Below, one piece after another: positions 41,901 to 53,376 of a stretch of DNA of 64,000 bases. The translations under genes were made by a program, and so were the position numbers. The stretch lies in NCBI GenBank assembly GCA_964035545.1, contig OZ037770.1:5342729-5406728 (forward strand), read 5' to 3'. The stretch's first letter is position 1. Each line of letters begins with the position of its first letter. Source of the stretch: Bugula neritina (lineage: Eukaryota > Animalia > Bryozoa). The notes beneath the pieces are model-generated. The model saw only the letters and a list, made by a program, of their open reading frames with translations. It had not been told where the DNA came from and made no database searches.

Positions 41901-43352
41901 TGTTGAACGAAAAACATCAAATTTCAAAAAAGATTAGACTGAAAAAAGTTTATAAGAACGATGAGTGCAAAAGATTTTGATAAAGATTCAGTACATCTTA
42001 TTTCTTTCCCGCATTAACTTAGAGATAGTAAAAACATGAATATACCAGATCTAAAAATTCAACTAGAACTGAGTTAAAATATCATTGATTCTAGCAACAA
42101 ACGAACTAGAAAAAACAAATGAACCAAAACCAGAATACTGTCAAATATTATGTATAATCACAATGAAGGTTTGCTAATCATAAACACTAAACTAAAGTAT
42201 ATGTTTAACTCAGCAATATTATTATAATAGTATTACAAACTATCCAATAGCAATAGCAATAGCATTTCTATGTGAACATGATAATCATAGTGATAGTGAT
42301 TATCACACAATGCTAATTATGTTTATTACGTGATTAACACTAACGCTAATTAGCTCAATCACTGTCATTAGTGCTTCTCATTCACCATGCTTAAGAACAT
42401 GCATTTTTCAAATTTGACAAGGATATAAAGTCATCAAGTGTTTTTGGTATTCGTAAAAACATCTCAAAATTAGGTTTTTACTTAATTTTTCACAAAATTT
42501 ACATTGACAATAAAAAAAAAATCAAAATGACTATAATTATAGTTATACTAATACCTATATCTACAGTAATACAAATAGAGTTGGAGCTACACCGCACATC
42601 GACTTACAGACACAGTAACTCACATAGCCATAGTGATACCGATACCTCAAATGCAAGCTAAATTTCAATCACTTAATATCATCATAATCATCATGACTAG
42701 CCATTAAACGAAAGGAGTTACTGTTAGTTATATTGTTATATTCATTATTGAGACGAAACGAAAAAAACTCAGAATACAAGTCAAACTTAAAGTCAAAGAC
42801 AAATTTCAAACTGTGAATGTCATTACATGATTAGTGTCAAATAAAAAGTGAAAGTAATACTAATACTTAATAGTAATACTAATAGTGATACTACTACTAA
42901 TAGTAATAGTAAAAGTAAAACTTAAACTAGAAGTAACACCAACAGTATCATTAAAATAATCAAAATGAAAATGATAATGACAATCATCATGATAATAAAA
43001 ATCATTATGATGAATTAAATTTAATATCAACATATTTCTAAAAGTAAACAATAATCACTTCATCATAACTATAACAACATCAATATGATAATCAATCATC
43101 AATCTGAATCATCAATTATCAATGATCAATCATTCAATCATTCAATGTGAATGTGATACTGATTATCATTATGATTGAATATAACGGTCATCAATATGAA
43201 ACGAAAATTGTTTCAAACTAGCTACTAAAGCTAATGTCATAAAATAATGCTTAAAAAGTTTTTAATGCAAAGGTTCGCAGATGAAAGTTTCAGACTGAAA
43301 ATAATCATAATGACAGACCTGGAATGTCGCGGTCATCTTGCTCGGTCGCCAT
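26971..43352 (-). CDS. RPGR: Retinitis pigmentosa GTPase regulator ortholog (RCC1-like repeats, acidic/basic tail, C-terminal CaaX)
   Basis: 19 phase-compatible exons: 43319-43352, 40605-40730, 40284-40376, 39569-39787, 38781-38933, 37267-37416, 36808-36966, 36581-36705, 35985-36158, 35215-35371, 34650-34819, 32764-32865, 31898-32011, 31348-31446, 31050-31155, 30076-30108, 28280-28393, 28057-28190, 26971-27018. Motifs [62 protein letters not shown], RDRRR and terminal KSRACVIL* are typical of RPGR. Confidence 0.93.
27040..28045. repeat. Minisatellite, 22-bp unit (agagtatagcagacgtcaacag)
   Basis: About 45 copies filling the last RPGR intron almost from donor to acceptor. Confidence 0.95.
30307..30512 (+). 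mobile_element. tRNA-derived SINE (copy B)
   Basis: A box TGGTGTAGTGGTTAG plus the same body as copy A. Confidence 0.8.
30798..30999 (-). mobile_element. tRNA-derived SINE (copy C)
   Basis: Near full-length reverse complement of copy A, with B box GGTTCGAACCC. Confidence 0.85.
32598..32750. repeat. Minisatellite, 33-bp unit
   Basis: About 4.5 copies of acagtgactacagtcgctaggcaacccataaac, next to the donor at 32762-32763. Confidence 0.85.
33013..34402. repeat. Minisatellite, 23-bp unit (tattactagagtattgagtcata), ~60 copies
   Basis: Very homogeneous tandem array in an RPGR intron. Confidence 0.97.
35443..35655. repeat. Degenerate (CACT)n microsatellite
   Basis: ctcactcactcac runs. Confidence 0.8.
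36195..36433. repeat. Minisatellite, 14-bp unit (actagagtggtagt)
   Basis: Tandem copies close to the RPGR acceptor at 36159-36160. Confidence 0.85.
39278..39548. repeat. Minisatellite, 28-bp unit (actgtcaaagtactactgactgactaac)
   Basis: About 9.5 copies next to the RPGR donor at 39567-39568. Confidence 0.9.
39797..40025. repeat. Minisatellite, 21-bp unit (tatacacctgtatactaccta)
   Basis: About 10 copies next to the RPGR acceptor at 39788-39789. Confidence 0.9.
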
Positions 43353-43710
43353 GGTAGGAACTATGCCTCTCGTAAACTTGCGTAGTTTATGAGAATCTTT
43401 TAATGATTAGTTATTATTGGGGGTGTTATGACCGTACCTTAAAACATTTTAGGAAAGGACCCTTCTCGAGAGTGTGCATGGACTCGCTACGAATCGAAAC
43501 CTTTACCAAAAAGTGTTGAAGTTGAAACCGAATTGAAGCCGAACTGAGCCTTGATGAACAAGTTCATGTATTCAAAATCGAATCACTCACGACGTATAAA
43601 AGGTCAGCCATATTGAAACGAGGTTAAAACACTGCAGTCGAGGTTTCTGTCTCGTTATCATATTTTCTACCAATTTAAACGATAGTACCGCGTAAGTTGC
43701 TATTAGATAC
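43353..43710. promoter_or_regulatory. Putative bidirectional promoter between RPGR and CARF
   Basis: Head-to-head genes; locally CpG-richer sequence; TATAAAAG at 43595-43602 on the + strand; X-box-like GTTGCTATTAGATAC at 43696-43710 (RFX sites are typical of ciliary genes). Confidence 0.4.
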
Positions 43711-44619
43711 GTGTATACCCACTAATTGCTTGTTTAGATTAAATGGAGACAGAGATGCCGGGAATTTGGCATTTTTTACTCTTTAAACGGTAACCTACAT
43801 TGATAATATATTTAATTTTAAACTATTGATATTTATATTACTATTAGTATTAGTAGTAGTTATTCTAAATTCTAATAGTATTACTGTAATAGTAATACTT
43901 AGTTATACTATTAGTATTACTATTACTATTAGTATTACTATTAGTAATACTAATACTCTAATCGTAATAGTAATACTAATACTATTAGTAATGTTAATGG
44001 TAACACTTAATCTTATACTAATATTAATAATATTAATAAATAATGATACTAATAGTAATACTAATACATATACTAATACTAATGTCTAATGTCTACTAAT
44101 ACAGTAATACTAATAGTTATACTGATAGTAATACTATGAATAAATGTAATACTAATAAGAATATTTGTAGCTAGTGTTACTAGTACTAGTAGTAGTACTA
44201 TTATTAGTTAGTAGTTATACTTGTCTACTGTCTGGTAATAGTAATGTTGAACTCGATAGCTTATTATTATTAGTAGTAGTACTAGTAGTACTAGAACCTT
44301 GTGGTTATGTTTATTATTATAAAAATAACACTAGTTACACTATTTAATATGATAATTTATAGTAGATATTTTGTTTAACCAAAATAGATTATACTATACT
44401 AGTCTAGTTATTTTTCAATTTGACTAATATTATGAATTGTAACTTAAACTTGTTTTATTTTAATTATGCTTATAATTAGGCTTCAATTTTATGATTTTAG
44501 ATCAAATGTCTATTCTATAGTCAGTGTGATTTACTTTATTTATAGCTGTGGTTCTATCATTCCTTCTATTTATTAGTAATACTCTTGATACATATAAATA
44601 ACTTTTAGACTAAAATACT

Positions 44620-47600
44620 ATGAATGCTGGTCTAAACCAAGATGGCGACTCCGAAGGGAAAGTTTTGGACTCGAGTACTCATTTGATTATAGAAGATCAG
44701 ACTCATTATACCGAGGAACAAGAGTGTAATGAGCAAATAGTAATTTACGCTGGCAACGCAATAAACACTGACACTAGTACACCACAACCAATAAACATAG
44801 GTAGTTGATGTACAATTCATTACTTCTACTCTCATGTTTTCTATATGAAAGTAAATCAACTATTAATATTATGTAAACCATTACACCTTGTTTTATGAAA
44901 CTATAGCCTAACTTTTCTTTTTTAAAGAGGAAGCTTCGTTTTAGTTCGACAACTGACACAATCTAAAACTATAGAAACGATGATATATGTTGGCAAACAG
45001 GTTTTTTAATTGCTACTTTATAAGTGGATTTTCTTTTGATTATTTAAAATTATTCAGCTGTTTCAGAAGAATAATAAATTTTAGTTTTCATCAACTAGTT
45101 CCTGTTTAATTAAGAATCATTTTTCCATTAGTGAGTCAAGCTGGTAGTTTCAGTCTATGCATTCCCAATGGTCAGATCAATAACCGACTCACTAAATATT
45201 ATTTTATTTTTAACGTAGAGAGAGGTAATGTTATTCTCGCGACCAACGGCTCAGGCCAGGAAGGGGTGGAGCTTGTGGAGATCTCCGAGTTGAATAGTAG
45301 CCAAGGTAAGGAATCTTGATGTGCAGATTGAAGACTTATCCCTGTCAAGTGGCAGCAGTAGCTCTCAAATTAAACATTCAAAGTTTTTACAGGTGACAAG
45401 GTGTGGCAGATTGTGCCAAGTAACTTGAACATCACTGCCAACTCGGTTGTCATAGTGGGAGATCCAAACCAGCATATTACTAATGTCGGGGCATCAACAA
45501 GTCAAACTCAGTTCACCTTGGTCAATACCACACAAGCTAAGGCTACGCTAGCAGACGCCCCTCACTGGGCAACACTGATTCAGGATTGTGAGGCTAGTAT
45601 AAACCGTTATGATGTCAGAGCCTATTTGATTAATTTACAGCCTGACATTCAAGTGTTGATATTTAGAATATAATCAAGTTATCTACTCTCTGCATTATAG
45701 TTATGCTATTGGCCTTCAATCCAATATTTTATTCATTTTTTGATTCAGATTTCCATAGCAAGTGCCAGTATCAACGTGTAAATGGTTTCAGTATATGTGA
45801 AAAATTCATAGGATGAGCATTTATGTTGTAATATGCAGCTGTTATGATCTTGCAGAAAGTTGGTCACTATTACCGGGGCTGGGTGCACACAGAGCAGGAA
45901 ATGGATGTTATACTAACTCTGCATAAGCAGCAAACTCACAGTTTTTGGGGCACGCGGCAAAGCCCAGCCGGTAACCGGCCCACCGCCCGTATGATGTGGA
46001 AGTCCCAATATGTGCCGTTTGACGGCGTGCCTTTCATTAACTGCGGTGAGACTTTTTACGTAGTGTTGGCATGTTAACTTGAGCCCTACTGCTTATCTGC
46101 TCAACTCAATTTTTCTCGCAACTCTTGCATATAGGAAGTCGGGCCACTGTGATGGAGTGCCAATATGGACCAAGGAGGAAAGGTTCTAAGGCTGATGGTA
46201 CAGGAGAAGGAACAGGAGAGGGTTAGTGTATATCACTACTGGTGTCTGATAATCTTCATGATACTTACTTCATAGCTCACTGCTCTTCCCCCATATCATC
46301 TAGTAACTAGTTAATCGAAGTATATGCAGTGAAGTAGCAGTTATATTCTCCTATTTAGCTCTCTCTCTAAAGTTGCAAATATTAACCAGTTTCTAATCTG
46401 TTTCCACTATGAGATTTTTCGCATCTAGTTTGAGCACTTTTGGATTCTTCAGTTCAATAAACTAACAAACTCTCTTCACTTGAGTAGCCTCCAACAAGCC
46501 TAATTTTCATTATGGTGAACAGTAGAGGCTTAGAGCAGCCGTGGTCTGGATTACATGTACAGTTGGGTATATAAAATATTAACCAATCATGATATTATAA
46601 TACTGATTACAGACTACAAACACGCCTGTCCAGCTCGTATTTATGTGAAGAAAGTACGAAAATTCCCGAACTGCTCAGTTCCAACAGATGTTAACAGGAA
46701 GGTGCTCAAACAGCTGATGGACAGAGCGTTCCAGGTTCTAAGGGAACAGGGGTTCAGTGAAGGCGGGGAGGAGCGGTACGTCCCTACCTTTCTGGCACTG
46801 CGATGACTCGGTGCATCTTCTACATTATACTATTACACTATCCATCTAACATTGTCATGAATAATTTATATTTTAGTTTTATATTATATGGTGTGTTGCT
46901 ATACAGTTAACTACTTCCTGTATACTATGGTGTGTCTAGAACATATCTGAAACATCTTTGTACTGCAGGCATTATCTGCAGCTACCAACTACTGCGGCAC
47001 ACGAGTATCACACTGCAGATTCCACCTTAACTAAGCGACCTCTCATCACCAGGACGTACAATGTGTCTCCACCAGGTCAGTTCAACTGTAACATATCTTT
47101 ATGTACCCAAGTCAAACTCTCTCCTCTGCTAGTTACTGCATTTCCACTGCTTCGCATTATACAAATAAATGTTTCTTGGGAAGATTTGCATTGAATAAAA
47201 CCACAACCATGAATGAATGCAAACCACAACCACAAACCTATGTGTACAAATCTATGCGGATTCGATTGAAGGATAAAGAATCAGTTGTCAGGATCTTCAG
47301 TCGATTTATTTGGAGAGTTTTCTCTCTCGTTTAGTTCACATTTTCAACATCACATGATATGTTAGGATATCTGACCCTACATTTAGACTGTCAGTCTATT
47401 AGTTACCCGCAAGGATTGAAATTGTTACGGTGAAAAGTATATTAAGTTGTTGTCAAGGCTGTGTTTGTTTGTTCTGTATTAAATATGATGTTTCTGCTGT
47501 TCCAGCAGTCCTCTTAGAACAGTTTTCATCAACCGCTCAGATGTGGGTGGGGCTGAGGTTGGTGCAGAACTTTCTACTCCCACTGTCCGGAGTTTGTAGA

Positions 47601-50551
47601 GAAATGCTGTCTCTTTCGTGCTGCATTCCCTCAACGCAACTTGAAAGGTAAACCTATGGTGTGGCTTCCTAATGTATTCTCATATTTTTCTTTTGTATTT
47701 TAGAAAGAGGAAATACTAGACTCGCTCCTGCCTTAGCCAATAAGATTAGAGATATTGTCTCCTCTGGTATACACCATGTGACTACTGTTAGGAAGATGCT
47801 GAGGTGAGCAAACAGTTCTCAAGACAGAATCATGTCCGTCAATAAAATAAGTCTGTATCAGTTTTTGTCCCACGTGATTGACTGTCGGGACTGCAGCTCA
47901 AACTGCTTAGAATATTCATGTGGTTCTAAACCTGATAAAATATAACCACTGATGCTTCAGCATGAAGTCTTGCCATCAAGTTCTTCCTAAACTTTATGAA
48001 CATTTTTTATCAGTATTAGGGATACAACTTAGTCTCAGAAATACTTCTAGTAGAATAATTTGCCGGACATTTTGTATTATAAAAACTTGAGTGTTGTTGG
48101 TTTTTGTCATAATTATTTTAAACATGTTTGTTGTGTTTCATTTTGAAACTGTCTTACCGTTCAGTTGTCTGATAACGTTAGACTATTTTAAAAGTGTTAG
48201 AAAGCTAGACGCAATTTAACACTTCTGTAGCCTACTATCTATAAGATCAAAAGATCAAAGCTACTGAGCCACACTCATACCACCTGATATTCTCATACAG
48301 GAAATACGTGGAGAAAGAATTGTTCAGTAATGAGGAGCCTCCAGTCAGACATGACTTGAGTTTCTTCCCGACTGTCAGCGATCTGAAGAATCACATCCAC
48401 ACAGCTCTCCGTGATATTGATAGTGGCGTGCTGCCTCTCAAAGAGGTACTTCTGTACATGTGGTGTTGTTTGTGAAATTGTAAAAGTTTCTGTGATTGGC
48501 AAGTAGATAATATAATCTCTCATGATTGGCTACTTTTTTATACTATTTCATGCATGTTCACCTTGTTCCATCGTTAAAATATGCACACATAGTAACTATG
48601 TATATAAATTACTTCGTAGGGCAGTGTGGATACTTTAGCATCAGAGCAGGATCGAGTATGGACTGAAGACTGGGCGTCACATATAGGTCCCCATCTAGAG
48701 ACTGTGACAGTAACACTCGCTCATGAAGGTCAAGGGTCAGGTTAGTATCAATCAGTCACTTGATTTCCCTTTCCCAGGTCACATGATCGCTCTCTACCAG
48801 GTCACATGAATTTTCTATCCCAGGTCACATGATCTCAAGGGTAAAGACACAGCTGTCAGATGGCAGCATCCACACCAGCTCAGCTCTGACTCCCGAGACA
48901 GCAGCTCTGTTAGCCAGACTCAACTCTAATATGTTACACAACAACATACAGGATACTGGAGAGACGGTAGTTGAGGTTGCAATTGAGAAGTCAGAAGACG
49001 GGGCTGTGGAGGAAACCCCCCAACAAGTATCTGGTAATTATCTTAGAGAATATATTCAAAATTGGTTTTTTGGTTTACTGCATTACATTATCTGCTGGTC
49101 TAATATTACTTCTTCTGCCTACTGTTTATATCTTCACCACTCTATCAGTTATTTGAATATATATATAACACATCCATCAACTTATCCATTTAACAGTCAA
49201 GAAAGTATTTATATTTGATATACTCTTTTCCTATGTTTGCGATGTCAATTTACAATCAAGAGTTGTGCCCCATTAGCAGGTACATGTTTCAATTAAAATT
49301 TACAGTTTGACTGTTTTACATGCAATACACAACAATGCTAGACACCTTTTCAATTTGGTGATAGACATATTGCTGATGCCAAGCTTAAATTAGCATTTCA
49401 AAAAACTACTGCTTCAGGATACCATTTGAAAAATAAACCTCAAAGCATATATTTGTGGTTTTGGCTATTGAGCAATGCTAAAATGGCAGCTAGGATATAA
49501 ATCCCGTTATTCACTAAAAAAACATGTCTATAGTGTAGTTGCAATTTCACATTGCAGTAAAACTGTAAAAGTTTTAAGGCCTTGCAGTCGTGAGAATCAA
49601 ACGAAATCATGAGACGATTCTTGTGAGTTATCCTCTCGTTATGACGAGCCACACACTCGTCAGACAAAACACATATTAAATAGTCTGTGAATGAGTCTTG
49701 TGCAAGGTAAAATCAGCCGGAAATTACCAAATAGAGAAAAGTTGTAGAAATGAAATAATTACTGTTGCTAAAATTCTATTGAACAATCAAGTGGTACTTA
49801 TGGCCGAATGTGATTTTTCCCTAGTCATCGGTGTGTACACCCAACGAGGACGATTTCGTTTGAATTCCCTCAGATTTTCTCGTGCAGATGTTTTTGTGTT
49901 AAATAGACGATTTCGTGTGATTTTCACGATCGTGAGGCCAGGCCTTTAGTGAGACTGCTCCCTGATATTAAGGTTGAAGTATGTAACTGCTAAAGGGACA
50001 CAACTCTTAATAGTAGATCATGAACTAGGAAATATTTATGTATTAATACTTTAGATGGCAGCGTAGCCCACATCTGTCCAGCTGAATTTAGTAAAATGGA
50101 GGAGGTTCATGAGCCTGCCCTTCCTACTGAAGGTGTTCAATTAGACCTTGGACTACATTATCCACCTCAAGTTTCAGGTATGGTAAGATATATATCAGCC
50201 TCTGATGTAATGCTATTTATACAGTATATATGATACTAAGTATACAGTATATATGATACTAAGTATACAGTATATATGATACTAAGTATATAGTATATAT
50301 AATACTAAGTATACAGTATATATGATACTAAGTATACAGTATATATATGATACTAAGTATACAGTATATATGATACTAAGTATACAGTATATATGATACT
50401 AAGTATATAGTATATATGATACTAAGTATACAGTATATATGATACTAAGTATACACTATCTATATAATATACATATCATATTGTAAAGTACATCTCACAC
50501 TGTAATATATACTCATTCTCTCTTGTAGAAGTATCTCTAGAAGGTGACTGA
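44620..50551 (+). CDS. CARF: Calcium-responsive transcription factor
   Basis: Exons 44620-44800, 45219-45305, 45393-45592, 45856-46045, 46135-46221, 46613-46775, 46969-47075, 47704-47803, 48301-48445, 48620-48740, 48824-49033, 50055-50177, 50529-50551. Motifs [76 protein letters not shown] and KYVEKELF...RHDLSFFPTVSDLKNHI are characteristic of CARF. Confidence 0.92.
49577..49945. mobile_element. PIF/Harbinger-like MITE
   Basis: TIRs AGGCCTTGCAGTCGTGAGAATCAAACGAAATC ... GATTTCGTGTGATTTTCACGATCGTGAGGCCAGGCCT, with TTA on both flanks. Confidence 0.65.
50217..50458. repeat. Minisatellite, 23-bp unit (tatacagtatatatgatactaag)
   Basis: About 10 copies in the last CARF intron. Confidence 0.9.
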
Positions 50552-51119
50552 TGGAGTTACATAATATAAAATGTTATATAACACACAGTTTGATACTCTT
50601 GTAACATATATACATTATATGACAGTCACCAAGTGTTGTTGACATCACTTTTACACCGTCCACTACAGCATTAGCTCTTAGTTTGTAGTTAGAAGTTTTT
50701 TTTTGTAAAACTATCTGATAGTTTTAAAACTAGTTGACTTTCACCTGATAGTTAAAAGTATGTATATCCGTTGCATTAATTCTTCCTTGTTTTTTGTATC
50801 CTATTTTAATAAAACTAATTTGAAATATACCCTCACTTTCATTCCTTCTATCAGTTCAATGACATAGCTGCGTTATAAACTTGATTAGTTAATAAATAAA
50901 TTGATACAGTTTCCCACTTCTTCAGCTGTGACAACACAGTAATGTCATATACCAGTATTCATGAGCTTTTTAGTCCTCTAGCATCAAGCAGGGTGCAGGA
51001 AAATAATCAATAGACTTTAACATCCATTCATTGGTAACAATAATGACGAATATTAATATCCTACGCTTTGAATAAATCAAATAGCTGTTTTAAATTGCAA
51101 ATTTTTATCTGCTTAATAG

Positions 51120-51393
51120 TGTAGTAATTCGTGTAATTACTATGCGTGGGTTCCTAGCTTGTAATTATAGTCTATTTATCCACATGAATAAAGTGTTTAA
51201 GTAAGAGTTTACAAAGTTTATTCGCTGCTAAGTATATAGAAAGATACAGAAAGTACGCAGATTAAAAACTACATCTTCACTTAGTTAGTACGCTCTCCCT
51301 ACTGATAAACTACTACCAGCTGAGGGTTATCACGTGACGCACTCGGATAGGCTGAAGGGGTTTGGGGGACGCTCGTATTACATCCTCACTACA
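51120..51393 (-). repeat. LTR 2 (TGTAGTGAG...ATTACTACA)
   Basis: Follows a second, near-identical PPT block; its 3' end cacgcatagtaattacacgaattactaca resembles the LTR1 end; internal AATAAA. Confidence 0.75.
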
Positions 51394-51649
51394 CCGCCCC
51401 CCCCCCCCCAGCAGAAAGCCCTACTTTCTGATAACACAGATACAATTAATTCAGACATAAAACGTTATAAAACTAAAAAAACTGAGAGAGCGTGTGGCAC
51501 ATAAAAGAAAGAACATGGCTATGTACAGTAATAAGAAAAACATATATATGTAAAAAAATATATAACAGTAAATACACAATGACACCGGCGGGAGGCACTT
51601 GTAAGGGAATAGTCTATAGAGGTAGAGCTGTATACTGGTAGGTTACTAT

Positions 51650-52002
51650 TGTAGTAATTTGTGCAATTACTGAGCGTGAGTTATTTACTTGCGTATAATT
51701 AGTTGGTTATTCTGCTAGTAATTACTAGGGTAGCTGTCGAGTAATTATATTTATTATCCACAATAAAGCATAAAACAAACATCACATCAAATTATCCTAT
51801 ACATCAGTCAACTTCTAACACATGTTACTACTTCAAGCCTCCGCTTACAACAACGTGATATAATGTTAATAACCCGGGAAGTGTCACGTGAATCGGAAGC
51901 ATATCTTCCGGAGCTGCTAATTGGTTGCTACATAAGGGTCTAAGTATTCCAAGAGTAGAGAGAGGGCGATTCCCGTATTTGTACTTTGCACTACTCACTA
52001 CA
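51650..52002 (-). repeat. LTR 1 (TGTAGTGAG...ATTACTACA)
   Basis: Directly follows the PPT (ctgctgggggggggcgg); terminal inverted TGTAGT/ACTACA; internal AATAAA. Confidence 0.75.
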
Positions 52003-52295
52003 CCGCCCCCCCCAGCAGAAAGCCCTACTTTCTGATAACACAATAAAAAAAACACATAATGAAAAACTATACAATAATCCAAAAAGAAAAACATACATAA
52101 GTAAACCCACAAAGAGTAAGAAAAGAAATAGTTGAGCACGACACATTTACATTAGAAGACAACAGGGTGATCGAACACACACATCTAGTCAGCTATAAAG
52201 AGAGAGGGTGCTTACCAGCACGCGGGCCAATGTCGGAGCACTCGTCACTTTCCAGACGAGTTACAGCTCAACGAAGGTGCCTACCCCAGGCATTC

Positions 52296-53353
52296 TCATT
52301 GGGTGGACTCTGACTCTTGTAGCGATCGTGCTCTGTGTCGAGCCTGTCGGGCACGTAGCCGCCTCTTCAGTCGCCCCACTGAGTCCTTCAACTGGTATAG
52401 ACCTGTCGTCGTATCCAGCAAGTCAGGGGCAAGTTGTGTGAACTCGGCTTGTAGTCTTACAAGCCGCTCTTCTACATTAACCAGCTGGCTAGGCCTTGGT
52501 GGGGTTGTAGTAGTCTCTGTTAGAGGGGGTATTGTTGTTTCTTCTACTTCTGGGGTGTTGCTAGGGTTGACGGGGGTAGGAGACGGGCCCTGAACCATAG
52601 GGGACTTATGGCGGGCGGATAGCAGCAGTACGTGGAACCCTGACGCTAGTGCGGCCAGGGTGATAGCCTTCCTGATGACTGGCTTGATGGCATCTAGGTA
52701 TAGGGGGAAACTGTCCTCATCAACAGTGTGGTTCTCTCCGGCGAAGCAGCTCAGCTTATGTACTGTCACGGGATACGGGTAGACGTCGTGGAACCCGCAG
52801 GGACAGAAGTGGAGTAGGAAATGGGCGTCTACATGTAAACGCAGGGAGCGGTGTGACGAGCACTCCTCAAAGCAGACCTGGCAGGTTCGGTGGGGTCCAC
52901 TGGGTCCCCAGGCTTCTTCAATTCTCCTTTCCGTCGTGGGTGACACCCAACGGTGTCGTCGACGGAGCACCACGGGTATGCCATTCTCCATTACAGGCTC
53001 CTCTTCCATAGGCAGAGAGGTTGGCTGGTCCCGTGACCGGGAGGTGGTCACTCGAGTGTGATCTGAAAGAGTAGCAGTGTTAAAGATTATACACTGAGGT
53101 ACCGTCGGCGTGTACAGCCTGACCGGTACTCTGTTCAGTTACACTCGTTAGATTCAGGCTAATGAATAGTTGATGGAGAACACACTCGCTATGACAGATT
53201 ATTTAAAATCAAAGTCGACGTGTATTTCCACCACTGTTTATTATTATCGAATCTCCAGCTCGCTAGCTAGTGTAGCTAAAGCTGACTGATGCAGTCTAGT
53301 TATCGTACCAAAAACATAATTAACTCACCCTTCGATCCAGAATAGTAAGACAT
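52296..53353 (-). CDS. Retrotransposon-borne spliced accessory gene, ~263 aa, C2H2-like zinc finger plus coiled coil
   Basis: Exon 53329-53353 (MSYYSGSK+G; donor GTGAGT) joins exon 52296-53062 (acceptor tctttcag) in frame. Contains CQVC-x12-H-x3-H, then CPC...H...C, and a C-terminal heptad region VEERLVRLQAEF...LKDSVGRLKRRL. Confidence 0.7.
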
Positions 53354-53376
53354 TTTGGAATGAGAGCGGTAAATGA

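Noticed and set aside
47430-47651. Possible additional CARF exon
   Set aside because: Its end phase does not match the next exon, whereas 47075 splices directly in frame to 47704.
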